Shown: positions 10,468 through 21,379 of the stretch, piece after piece
How positions within the stretch are numbered: the first letter of the stretch is position 1
Layout of the letters: each line of letters begins with the position of its first letter
NCBI GenBank assembly: GCA_963793425.1
Contig: CAWCAG010000009.1
Location: forward strand, 448,001-512,000
Length of the DNA stretch: 64,000 nt
Source of the DNA: an uncultured cyanobacterium
Lineage (GTDB): Bacteria; Cyanobacteriota; Cyanobacteriia; Cyanobacteriales; CAWCAG01
Direction: 5' to 3'
Made by a program: the position numbers and the translations under genes
The notes under the pieces: model-generated
Seen by the model: the letters and a program-made list of their open reading frames with translations, nothing else
Databases searched by the model: none
Told to the model about the DNA's origin: nothing

Positions 10468-10598
10468 TTTGTATCCCCCAATAATCTTGAAACTTCATTT
10501 TTACCTAGTTTATCCTTGCTTGTTATTAAAAAGGGTTGCCTCAAAAGACAACCCCTAACTATTAACTATTTTTGTTATTTATGTTGTTATCTAAAATA

Positions 10599-10982
10599 CT
10601 AAGCCTTAGCTGTAACTAAAGTTTCTGTGAATTGGTTTTGTTGCTTAAGATTGTTGGCTACAGGAGTTTTTTCCTCACTTTTTTCCTCGTTTAATTGAGA
10701 AGAATTGTCTTCATTATCCAATTCACCTTCATCTATACGCAAACGTTCACAAGGAATAGTATCAGAAAGAATAGCACTGGCCATCTTTCCGGAATGAATT
10801 TCCAATAAAGCTTGTGGCAAAGCTTCAAATACTAACCGTTGTCCAGGAAAAACCACTCGTTCAAAATACCAATTAGTAACGTTAGTAATCCTAGCTATTT
10901 GAATTTGACTAGTAGCATTGACATAGCAGCAAAGTACGCTGCTTGTCTCACTCTGAGGGAGGGAATCAAGAATCTGAGCCAT
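10599..10982 (-). CDS. pirC: DUF1830 protein, probable PirC/CfrA (PII-interacting carbon-flow regulator)
   Basis: CCYVNATSQIQIARI..WYFERVVFPGQRLVFEA...SAILSDTIPC, plus an upstream NtcA-type promoter. Confidence 0.78.
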   Translation of the reverse strand: MAQILDSLPQSETSSVLCCYVNATSQIQIARITNVTNWYFERVVFPGQRLVFEALPQALLEIHSGKMASAILSDTIPCERLRIDEGELDNEDNSSQLNEEKSEEKTPVANNLKQQNQFTETLVTAKA

Positions 10983-11024
10983 AGCAATTGTTAAATTTTG
11001 TTTTTTATAAAGACTACACTTCCT

Positions 11025-11067
11025 AAGCTAACACTCACTGATCCCGACTGGCTGTAAATCCTAATAC
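11025..11067 (-). promoter_or_regulatory. NtcA-activated promoter: GTA-N8-TAC box, 23-nt spacer, TAGCTT -10
   Basis: GTAaatcctaaTAC at 11054-11067. On the minus strand TAGCTT (TAN3T) at 11030-11025 points to the DUF1830 ATG at 10982. Confidence 0.72.
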
Positions 11068-11483
11068 CAATCAGAATTTACCTACTATAACAAAAGTAGG
11101 TTGATCTGGTCTTATGTTTCGTTTTTGACTTCCCTTAAAGAAATTCCTACGGAAATAGGCTTCCTACATCCACAGGCTAACTTCAACTCAGCTTAGGGGC
11201 TTACTAGTAAAGCTTACTTGCTCTAAGAACAATTATTTTTGTTTTACTAAAATAATTAATTAGTTGATAGCCAGGGTTGATGGCGCTAAAGTTAAGTTAT
11301 GTGAAAAAGGCTCTCATATTTTTGCCTTTCTCTCAGGTAAGTTTCTACATACTCAGTTGCTATTAGCTTTGACAACATCCCTTCATAGCAATCCAAATCA
11401 AACTATATCATCCTTGAGAAAGATGTCATCTTAAGTTCTCTTAAAACTTCTTGATTTTAACCAACAAAACACTTTAAAAAATA

Positions 11484-13049
11484 ATGGAAAAAGGTATTTT
11501 GTATGTTCGCCTACCCTGTAACCCGATTTTCCCCATCGGAGTAGTGTATTTAGCTGACCATATACACAAACTCTTTCCAGGAGTAGAGCAGCGTATTTTC
11601 GACATGGGTACTGTGCCACCTTTGGATTTTGCGACATCCTTAGATCAATATATAGATGAGTTTCAACCGACTCTATTAGTTTTTTCTTGGCGCGATATCC
11701 AAATTTATGCACCTGTGGGGGGTAGGGGAGGAAACCCTTTACAAAATGCTTTCGAGTTTTACTACGCTAAAAACCCTTTCATTAAGCTGCGGGGGGCTTT
11801 AGGAGGGTTTAAGGTTGCTAGCGCCTATTACGGTGAATTGTGGCGTAACGAGGGCTTAATTAAGCGAGGTTTAAAAAGAGCAAGGAAACACAACCCCGCA
11901 GCCAAAGCGGTGGTTGGTGGCGGTGCGATTAGTGTTTTTTATGAACAAATGAAAAACCAACTACCGAAAGGAACTATTGTTTCTGTAGGAGAAGGGGAAA
12001 CTTTATTAGAAAAATTGCTGAGAGGGCAAGATATTCAGGGGGAAAGATGCTATGTTGTGGGGGAAACTCAACCCCGCGATCGCCTGATTCACGAATGGCC
12101 TGAACCCATTGAAAAATCTGCTTGCAACTACGACTACATAGCTAAGATTTGGCCAGAGTTTAGCTATTATCTCCAGGAAAATGACTTTTACATTGGGGTA
12201 CAAACCAAGCGCGGTTGTCCCCACAATTGCTGCTATTGTATTTATACAGTAGTGGAAGGGAAGCAGGTACGCATAAATCCTGCCGATGAAGTTGTCAAAG
12301 AAATGCGCCAACTTTACGACCGAGGCATTCGTAACTTCTGGTTCACTGATGCACAATTTATTCCGGCCCGCAAGTTTATTCCTGATGCTATTGAATTGTT
12401 AGAAAAAATTCTGGCTTCTGGGATGAATGATATTCATTGGGCTGCTTATATTCGCGCTGATAATCTTACCCCTGAGTTGTGCAAGTTAATGGTACAAACG
12501 GGGATGAATTATTTTGAAATTGGCATCACTAGTGGTTCCCAGGAATTGGTGAGAAAGATGCGAATGGGTTATAACCTACGTACTGTCCTGGAAAATTGCC
12601 GGGACTTGAAAGCAGCAGGTTTTAATGATCTAGTTTCTGTCAACTATTCTTTCAACGTTATTGATGAACGTCCTGAAACCATTCGCCAAACTATTGCCTA
12701 TCACCGAGAATTAGAAAATATCTTTGGGGTAGATAAAGTTGAACCAGCTATCTTCTTTATCGGGTTACAACCCCATACTCACCTAGAAGAATATGCCTTC
12801 AAAAATGACATCATCAAACCAGGCTATAATCCTATGAGTTTAATGCCCTGGACTGCCAAAAAATTGCTTTGGAACCCTGAACCTTTAGGCTCATTTTTTG
12901 GTGAAGTATGCCTCCAAGCTTGGCAACAAAAACCTGATGATTTTGGTCGGGAGGTGATGCAAATTCTTGAAGATAAGCTAGGTAAATCTGAGTTAGAAAC
13001 AGCTTTAAGTGCCCCGGTGAAAGTAGAAAAACAACTAGCAGGTGTTTGA
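11484..13049 (+). CDS. B12-binding radical SAM protein (photosystem II high-light acclimation type, Slr0320-like)
   Basis: CPHNCCYC CxxxCxxC motif; N-terminus ILYVRLPCNPIFPIGVVYLADH. Confidence 0.88.
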   Translation: MEKGILYVRLPCNPIFPIGVVYLADHIHKLFPGVEQRIFDMGTVPPLDFATSLDQYIDEFQPTLLVFSWRDIQIYAPVGGRGGNPLQNAFEFYYAKNPFIKLRGALGGFKVASAYYGELWRNEGLIKRGLKRARKHNPAAKAVVGGGAISVFYEQMKNQLPKGTIVSVGEGETLLEKLLRGQDIQGERCYVVGETQPRDRLIHEWPEPIEKSACNYDYIAKIWPEFSYYLQENDFYIGVQTKRGCPHNCCYCIYTVVEGKQVRINPADEVVKEMRQLYDRGIRNFWFTDAQFIPARKFIPDAIELLEKILASGMNDIHWAAYIRADNLTPELCKLMVQTGMNYFEIGITSGSQELVRKMRMGYNLRTVLENCRDLKAAGFNDLVSVNYSFNVIDERPETIRQTIAYHRELENIFGVDKVEPAIFFIGLQPHTHLEEYAFKNDIIKPGYNPMSLMPWTAKKLLWNPEPLGSFFGEVCLQAWQQKPDDFGREVMQILEDKLGKSELETALSAPVKVEKQLAGV

Positions 13050-13133
13050 GCTGTGTCCTTTCTCCCTTAACCCTTCTTCGTCAATCAAAAATTGACACTA
13101 AGATATCAATCAACTAAATAAACATCAACCGAT

Positions 13134-14480
13134 ATGTTGCAAGGCTCAATATTAGAAAAATTAAAAACCGCCCATCACGGTGGTGAGAGACCCCTCAATC
13201 TAGGAGTTTATTACAAAAACACTCTAGTCGCTCTTTGTCACGCCTTAGAAGACTTTATTTTAGAGTCTGACAGTTCCCCGATTATGATTACTGCTTTCCA
13301 GCAGGGTAAATGGTATTTACAAGAGGCAGAACGTTACAGGGAGTTAGCGGATCAATCTTCTCAAGTTGTGATTATGGCAGCCCCTAATGCTGGTTTTGCC
13401 GACCATCCTACCAGTAAAAAAGATAATGTTAATTTAGTCAACCTGAACACTGATGATCCGGTGGCCCAAGAATGGCATTTAATGATTATGTCGCCCCAGT
13501 ATACAGCCATGGTTCTCTGTCAGGAACTATCGGAGGAAGACTATGGTGCTTCTAGACAGCCCAAGGAAGATTTGGAGCGCAAATTCTATGGTTTTTGGAC
13601 TTTTGAACCGGAATTAGTTAAGGAAACCATAGATATTTCCCTTGCTCATATTGACAAATATGACCACAAATTAGCAACTCAATTAACCGCAAAAGCAGAA
13701 GGGATCGCTGCGAAATTTGGTGAGGAACCCCATGATGATTTAGGAAAGGTGGTTTCTCGCGTAGTAACATATCTCCAAACTAGCCAAGAACAGCTTGAAG
13801 AACCCCTTTCACAAGCTGTTTCTGCGGATTTGGATACTAATCTCCTCTCCAACGAAATGCAAGCCTTCCTGCGTATGGCGCAATTAATTAATCCCTCTAA
13901 TCAACCCATAGCCGCAGCAGAAGTTTCAGCTTTAGCAGAAAATATGGGTCAAATGCTGGATTTACCTGCTTGGCAAATTAAACGTTTACGTTTAGCGGGT
14001 TTACTTCACGGTATTGTACCTGGTTTGATGACCAAAGTTGCTTCAGAAGATGAAGCTCCTAGCTGCCCTCTAGTGCCAGAAGTAGAGGCCTTACGGATTA
14101 TGCCCCAACTCCAAGCCGTAGCCCAAATTATCACCCATCAACACGAACGTTGGGATGGTGAAGGCGCTCCTGCGGGTTTGGCTTATGATAATATCCCCTT
14201 AGAATCAAGAATTTTGGCTTTAGTTAGGGAATTTCGTGACCAAATTGCTCAACTATCTCAACAAAAAGATAACCTTAGCCAAGAAGAAGCCTTATCCCAA
14301 GCTTTAGCCAATTGCCAAAGCAAGGCAGGAGAAGTTTTTGACCCTAAGCTAGTTGAAGGACTCTCTTTGTTAGTGATGGGAATGCAGCAAGGGATGAGTA
14401 TTCAAGCTAGTCAGCCCAAAATAGCTGCGGGTATGTGGTTATTAGATGCTGATGCAGCAGAGAAAATTCAATATGTTTAA
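13134..14480 (+). CDS. DICT sensory domain plus HD-GYP-like phosphohydrolase
   Basis: YYKNTLVALCHALED and EWHL (DICT); HQHERWDGEGAP.GL...IPLESRI (HD-GYP-like, degenerate). Confidence 0.85.
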   Translation: MLQGSILEKLKTAHHGGERPLNLGVYYKNTLVALCHALEDFILESDSSPIMITAFQQGKWYLQEAERYRELADQSSQVVIMAAPNAGFADHPTSKKDNVNLVNLNTDDPVAQEWHLMIMSPQYTAMVLCQELSEEDYGASRQPKEDLERKFYGFWTFEPELVKETIDISLAHIDKYDHKLATQLTAKAEGIAAKFGEEPHDDLGKVVSRVVTYLQTSQEQLEEPLSQAVSADLDTNLLSNEMQAFLRMAQLINPSNQPIAAAEVSALAENMGQMLDLPAWQIKRLRLAGLLHGIVPGLMTKVASEDEAPSCPLVPEVEALRIMPQLQAVAQIITHQHERWDGEGAPAGLAYDNIPLESRILALVREFRDQIAQLSQQKDNLSQEEALSQALANCQSKAGEVFDPKLVEGLSLLVMGMQQGMSIQASQPKIAAGMWLLDADAAEKIQYV

Positions 14481-14504
14481 ATGGGGAGCAGGGCTTAGGT
14501 AACA

Positions 14505-15146
14505 ATGGGTATGACCAATATAGAAACAATTAAAGCTGGCAAAGAAAAACAGTTTCCGGGAATAGATTTAGAAGATGAGGATCTTTGCCAACATCATTTA
14601 GAAAAGGTTAACCTATCCGGAGCAAATTTAGTCGGTACAGATTTTTCTGGCTCCAACCTTAAAGGCGCTCGTTTTGATGGGGCGAATTTACTCGGTGCTA
14701 GATTAGTTGGAGCTGACTTACGAGCCAATTTACTTGGTAGTAATTTGATGCAAGCAGATTTGACTAGTGCTGATTTGCGGGGTAGCAATTTGCGAGGTGC
14801 TAACCTGATGGGAGCTAAATTAGTTAAAGCTTCCTTAGCTGGAGCCTTTTTGAGTGGAGCAAATTTAACTAGGGTTAATCTGCAAGGAGTTGATTTACGA
14901 GGAGCCGATTTAAGGGGTGCTAACCTTAACAGCGCTAACCTCAAAGGGGTTGACCTTAATCAAGCAGACTTACAAGGTGCTAGTTTAAGCGAAGCAAATT
15001 TAGAAGAAGCGGATTTGCGCGGAGCTAACCTTTCTGGGGCTAACCTTTCTGGGGCTAATTTGCTCTGTGCTGAATTAGAAGGGGCTGAATTGGCAGGGGC
15101 TAGTTTCGACCGTACTTGTTTGTTAGGAACAGCAATTAAGCATTGA
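14505..15146 (+). CDS. Pentapeptide repeat protein
   Basis: Continuous A(D/N)Lxx repeats. Confidence 0.95.
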   Translation: MGMTNIETIKAGKEKQFPGIDLEDEDLCQHHLEKVNLSGANLVGTDFSGSNLKGARFDGANLLGARLVGADLRANLLGSNLMQADLTSADLRGSNLRGANLMGAKLVKASLAGAFLSGANLTRVNLQGVDLRGADLRGANLNSANLKGVDLNQADLQGASLSEANLEEADLRGANLSGANLSGANLLCAELEGAELAGASFDRTCLLGTAIKH

Positions 15147-15477
15147 CATCCCCCCATCACCTCGTCTCGACGGGAAGAGGAATAGTTTTAGAACTATTCC
15201 TGAGTAAATTATCCAAATATATCCCCGATTAAGATCATGGTGCGATCGCTCAAAACAACAACTCAACTAAACGGTAATGCCTAGCTCCCCACCCTCGACA
15301 TTTAACCTCATCTAAGTTAAAGTTGTAATGAGTCTGAGTTACCTTTACACAAAGAAAATCGCCTCAATCTTTGGGAAGGTGAGTTTTTCGTATTCAGGCT
15401 AAAATGGAAGGTGTCAAGGTGCTTAAAATAATTACTACATCTGTAAACATAAAAAAATTAAGGCGGGAGCCTGGCCA

Positions 15478-15933
15478 ATGAATGCTGAAGGCGCACAACT
15501 AAAACCAATCAAATCCCTAGAAGATGCTTTTGAAAGGTGTCAGGATCTGGGTATGCGTCTGAGCCGCCAGCGTCGCTACATTCTAGAGCTGCTTTGGCAA
15601 GAACAAGAACACCTTTCTGCTAGGGCAATATATGATCGCTTAAATCAGCAAGGGAAAGATGTTGGTCATACTTCGGTATATCAAAATTTGGAAGCTTTAT
15701 CAAGCCAAGGAATTATTGAGTGTTTAGAGCGGTGTGATGGCCGGCTTTATGGTAACATCAGCGATGCCCACAGTCACGTTAACTGCTTGGATACCCAGCA
15801 AATTATTGATGTTTATGTAGAATTACCCCCAGATTTGTTGGCACAGATTGAGAAACAAACTGGAGTGAGTATATCTGAATATCGCATTGATTTTTATGGC
15901 TACCGCCGTTCCCAAGACAACACCTCTCAATAG
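15478..15933 (+). CDS. furC: Fur-family regulator, FurC/PerR type
   Basis: KPIKSLEDAFERCQ.LGMRLSRQRR...GHTSVYQNLEALS...HSHVNCLDT closely matches recalled Anabaena FurC. Confidence 0.85.
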   Translation: MNAEGAQLKPIKSLEDAFERCQDLGMRLSRQRRYILELLWQEQEHLSARAIYDRLNQQGKDVGHTSVYQNLEALSSQGIIECLERCDGRLYGNISDAHSHVNCLDTQQIIDVYVELPPDLLAQIEKQTGVSISEYRIDFYGYRRSQDNTSQ

Positions 15934-15975
15934 GAAAGGCTAAACTGTCCAGTTATGGCACAATTAACTGGGTAG

Positions 15976-17703
<1,728 letters not shown>

Positions 17704-17823
17704 GTGCAGAAAATCTACTTTCCCCGTCTGATGATTCTGAAACTATCCGATTAAGAGTTCCCTTGATTTGCTCCGCCCTCTCCTTCCTCACCAACAACCT
17801 CTGCAACTAAACACCAATTTTGT

Positions 17824-18243
17824 ATGACATACTGGGTCAAAGTTGATTACGAGCGCAAAAAATTTGTTGTCGATCTAGAGCGTATCAGTTCTTTTATCTG
17901 CGCTCCTAACGGCAGAATAACTTTTTGGCTACCTGATAGTTCTATACCTGTAATTATTAATAAGAATACTCACGCAGATGATTATAATCAAGTAATTGAG
18001 TATATAAATCAGCTTTTTGGTTCTCCTTTTGGTGGGGCTTGGTTAAGGCTCTTTTATGAACGTAATGAATATGTAATTGATTTGAGTAAGATTAGCAGTT
18101 TTTGTTACTCGGAGCGGGGTAAAATCACTTTTTGGCTGCCGGATAGCGCCACGCCTATTGTGATTAGCAAGCAAAATGATCCTAGTGATTATCAAAAGTT
18201 GCTTGATTTTGTGAGTACGAAAACAGGTTATTCTTTACCTTAA
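17824..18243 (+). CDS. Hypothetical protein built from two tandem copies of a ~65-aa domain
   Basis: Both halves read W....YER..(F/Y)V.DL..ISSF....G.ITFWLPDS..P..I.K....DY. Confidence 0.8.
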   Translation: MTYWVKVDYERKKFVVDLERISSFICAPNGRITFWLPDSSIPVIINKNTHADDYNQVIEYINQLFGSPFGGAWLRLFYERNEYVIDLSKISSFCYSERGKITFWLPDSATPIVISKQNDPSDYQKLLDFVSTKTGYSLP

Positions 18244-18280
18244 AGTTGCTAATTGCTAATAGTTTTATCCCTGTTATCTT

Positions 18281-18503
18281 ATGATGACTATATTAGATTT
18301 AAAACCATTAATTAGCTTAACTAAAGAAGATTTTTATCAACTTTGTCGAGCTAATCCAGAAGTACCATTAGAATTAAGTCGCAACGGAGAATTAATTATT
18401 ACGTCTCCAGTGGGAGGAGAAGTTGGTAACAAAGAAGCTGATTTAATTTTTCGTGTTGGTTTTTGGAATCGCCAGAGTAAGCTAGGGTTAGTGTTTAGTT
18501 CCT
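18281..18503 (+). pseudogene. Uma2-family (DUF820) endonuclease, N-terminal fragment
   Basis: LTKEDFYQLCRANPEVPLELSRNGELII.SPVGG...GLVFSSS, after which homology stops before the catalytic PD-(D/E)xK part. Confidence 0.82.
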
Positions 18504-18504
18504 C

Positions 18505-18947
18505 AGAGGTTCGCTATTACAATACTAACCTTACTGAAATGGTTAAAATATTAGGCAGAGACCTATTAATGTAGAGGCTAAAGCTATGTCAGGGGATAAT
18601 ATCAGGCAAAAGGCAATTTCGGTATTGGTAACATGAGTGGTGGTGAAATTAAGGATTCTAAAGTTGCTGGAGTTATTAATGAAGCTGAACAACAAAACCT
18701 AGCCCAAGCTGCGGCGGAAATACAGCGATTATTAGAGCAATTGGAAAACTCCTACTCCACAGAAACCACAGCAGGTAAAATGCAACTCGCGACTGAAGCG
18801 ATTACACAGATTGAAAATAATTCTACCCAGAAAGCTAAAGTTATCAGGAGTTTAAAAGCTGGGAGTGTTTCATCGTTTGAGCAGTTTCTTAATCATCCTG
18901 CTGCTAGTTTTGTTATCGCGACGTTAGAGGAATTTCCGAAGAAATGA
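18505..18947 (+). pseudogene. Frameshifted C-terminal fragment of a cyanobacterial pentapeptide/LRR-type protein
   Basis: Three frames give NTNLTEMVKIL / INVEAKAMSGDNIRQ / KGNFGIGNMSGGEIK...QQNLAQAAAEIQRLLEQL...FLNHPAASFVIA. It is joined directly to the Uma2 fragment. Confidence 0.6.
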
Positions 18948-19225
18948 ATGCTGCCTGAATGCGACGAGGAGCAATTTTTATTGACTCCCCAGGTTCAGGC
19001 GATCGCGTCCTAATCCCTCGATAAAGTACTCTAAATTACAATAATATTTGAAATAGGAGAAGTTTTTAATATACAAGCTGTAGATAATACAATAACTCAA
19101 GTTGAATTTGCTAGTTCTCCAACAGTTTCAACTACCTTATTAGACTATGGCAAAAACTTAGAAAATGCTGAACGTCTCAAAAGTTATTTAACATCTTATC
19201 GATTAATAGACTGATTAATAATTAA

Positions 19226-19327
19226 TATAGCAGTTCTCAATCACATGAGGTACACTAGCATTTTCTAATGCTCCCTACTCCCTCAAACCAAGGTCTTTTG
19301 TACCTAACTAGTACGAGAATTGCTATA
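19226..19327. mobile_element. ~100-bp MITE/REPIN-like element with terminal inverted repeats
   Basis: TATAGCAGTTCTC (19226-19238) versus GAGAATTGCTATA (19315-19327), 12 of 13 complementary. Inner pair AGGTACA / TGTACCT. Confidence 0.7.
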
Positions 19328-19448
19328 ATTAATTTACTTTTCGTCACAATTAAAAAAATCCTTGGTGAGAGAAGCTATGTTGAAGACAACACAAATCAAG
19401 TATTTTTTCTCCCAGCAATGAGTAAAATAGTAGCTTCCCCTGAAATAT

Positions 19449-20197
19449 ACAAATACTGCTAGTGGTGTAATTCGCCTCAAACCACAGCAGTTTATTCACG
19501 TTTTAGATAACAACACTGGGGTAACTCGCTTAGAAGTTGGCCCCCAGACAATTACTCTGCAAGATGCAGAAAGATTGGTACTCAAACCAACGCCGATGGT
19601 AGTTGTACCACCCCGTCATTATTGTCTCATTGCTAATCCAGTGTTGCAAAACGTAAGGCTTTACATTTACGGGCTAAACGCACATTCACCGATATTTTCA
19701 ACCGCCAACGTCGGGCTGGGGATGAGTGGCTGGTGACAATTGAAGATGCAGAAATTCATTTACCTGATGTTTATGAGGAGGTGGTGGGGGAAGTAGAAAT
19801 CACTACCCTTAGCGATCGCCTATTGATATTCAATCCGTTGAACCAGTAGATGAAGAGACTTTGAAGAGTTTACAAAAATCTGTGCAAATCGCTATTCAAA
19901 TTACTACCGATGCCCAAGAAGCAGCGGCAAGCCAAGAAGCAGAGTTAGCCCACAAAGAGGCATTGAATGAGTTGGAAGTTGCTAAAGCAGAAAAAATGTT
20001 GGAGATTACAGCCACAGAATATCAACGCAAGGTTAGAGACAATTAAGGCGATCGCACAAGCCGGACTAGAAATGCCAGCGAGGTTGTTGCAAGGTTTAAG
20101 GATTCAAAGTGTTTTGATTACTGATGGTAAGATTCCTCTTAATCTTTTTGGGGCCGCTAATGGTATGATTGGTTTCCCTGAAAGTCAAGATGAGTGA
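19449..20197 (+). pseudogene. mvp: Major vault protein (MVP) homologue, internally deleted and frameshifted
   Basis: Four collinear blocks in changing frames: VIRLKPQQFIHVLDNNTGVTRLEVGP...MVVVPPRHYCLIANPV; KALHLRAKRTF.D...[102 protein letters not shown]. All match recalled MVP sequence. Confidence 0.92.
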
Positions 20198-20272
20198 TAC
20201 TTCTGGAAAGAGGTAAGGTAGTTTATCTAGCCTCAAATCTTCTAGCATTAAGGGTATTGCTAAAATAATAAA

Positions 20273-21157
20273 ATGAAAATTTCTGATCTTGGTGAACTTC
20301 TACTCTTAGCTTCCCTTTGGGGGGCTTCTTTCTTGTTTATGAGGATAGCATCTCCTGTATTCGGTCCGGTTTGGCTAATGGAATGCCGGGTTTTAATAGC
20401 CGGATTAGCTTTGCTACCTCTGGTAGTTAAATTGGGTTTGTTAGGAGAAGTGCGCCGTTATGCAAAGCCTCTGTTTATTATCGGTTGTTTTAATGCAGCC
20501 CTGCCATATCTACTTTTTGCCTTTGCTAGTCTCTTTTTACCTGCTGGAGTCACCTCCATTCTCAATGCCACAACGCCCTTATTTGGGAGCATTGTCGCTT
20601 TTATTTGGTTAAAAGAAAAATTTACCTTGAGTAAGATAATCGGGTTAGTATTGGGCTTAGGTGGAGTAGTTGTTTTAGTCGGGTGGCAGAGTTTTGTGGT
20701 TACGCCAAACTCTTTGTTAGCAGTAGGTGGTGTATTGATAGCAACATTAATGTATGCGATCGCTGCCCCTTATATCAAAAAGCAACTCTCCGGAGTTCCT
20801 TCTTTAGTTATTGCCACAGGCAGTTTACTTTTTGCTCCTTTGTTCCTCTTACCTGCTATTCCTTTTACCGTACCAACAACAGCACCAACTCCCATCAGCA
20901 TAATGGCTTTATTTGGACTGGCTTTGCTTTCAACTTCTTTGGCATACATCCTCTATTTTCGCTTAATCAGTAATGTTGGTTCTACCAAAGCTTTAACTGT
21001 CGCTTATTTAATTCCTATCTTCGCAATGCTTTGGGGAGCAATTTTTTTAAAGGAAGCGATTACTGTATCTATGATTTTGGGTTGTAGTTTGGTTTTATTG
21101 GGGACTGCGATCGCTAATGATTTGTTTAAGAGTATGGTTTTAAAAAAGATGTTTTGA
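20273..21157 (+). CDS. EamA/DMT family transporter
   Basis: About 10 TM helices; LWGASFLFMR, SILNATTPLF, YLIPIFAMLWG. Confidence 0.92.
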   Translation: MKISDLGELLLLASLWGASFLFMRIASPVFGPVWLMECRVLIAGLALLPLVVKLGLLGEVRRYAKPLFIIGCFNAALPYLLFAFASLFLPAGVTSILNATTPLFGSIVAFIWLKEKFTLSKIIGLVLGLGGVVVLVGWQSFVVTPNSLLAVGGVLIATLMYAIAAPYIKKQLSGVPSLVIATGSLLFAPLFLLPAIPFTVPTTAPTPISIMALFGLALLSTSLAYILYFRLISNVGSTKALTVAYLIPIFAMLWGAIFLKEAITVSMILGCSLVLLGTAIANDLFKSMVLKKMF

Positions 21158-21183
21158 AAATTCTCAAACCTTTTTGTTTGGTA

Positions 21184-21335
21184 TTGCCTAATTGTTTGTG
21201 TTATAATTATTTCATCAGATAAAATTCAATCTTAACTAAAAAAATATTTCTTCGGAGCGGGGTTGGGAGCTTTCTTAAAATGGGCATGGAAGGCAAACTT
21301 CTGACCTGACAACTTTTCACCAGAATCACTTAACA
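21184..21335 (+). repeat. Dispersed non-coding repeat, copy A, with extended -10 (TGtTATAAT, 21199-21207)
   Basis: tttgtgttataattat.tcatcagataaaattcaatctt...aaaaaatattt..ttggag..gggttgg.ag.tt.cttaaaatgg.catgg.a.gcaaac is shared with the reverse complement of 50421-50595. Confidence 0.85.
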
Positions 21336-21379
21336 GGCATCTCCAAAAATCAAAAACTTAAAAGCCTTTTGTTTTTTAA

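Noticed and set aside
14505..15146. CRISPR-like periodicity in the pentapeptide gene (and in the LRR region 56640-57060)
   Set aside because: The 15-nt and 66-nt periodicities are protein repeats without unique spacers. No repeat-spacer array or cas gene was seen in the window.
19268..19462. 64-aa ORF upstream of the MVP remnant
   Set aside because: It starts inside the MITE-like element and shows no family similarity; probably spurious.
19449..20197. A functional mini-vault protein made by programmed frameshifting
   Set aside because: It would need three frame changes, has no start codon, and lacks most repeats, most of the shoulder and much of the cap helix. No TEP1- or vPARP-like genes or vault RNA were recognised nearby.
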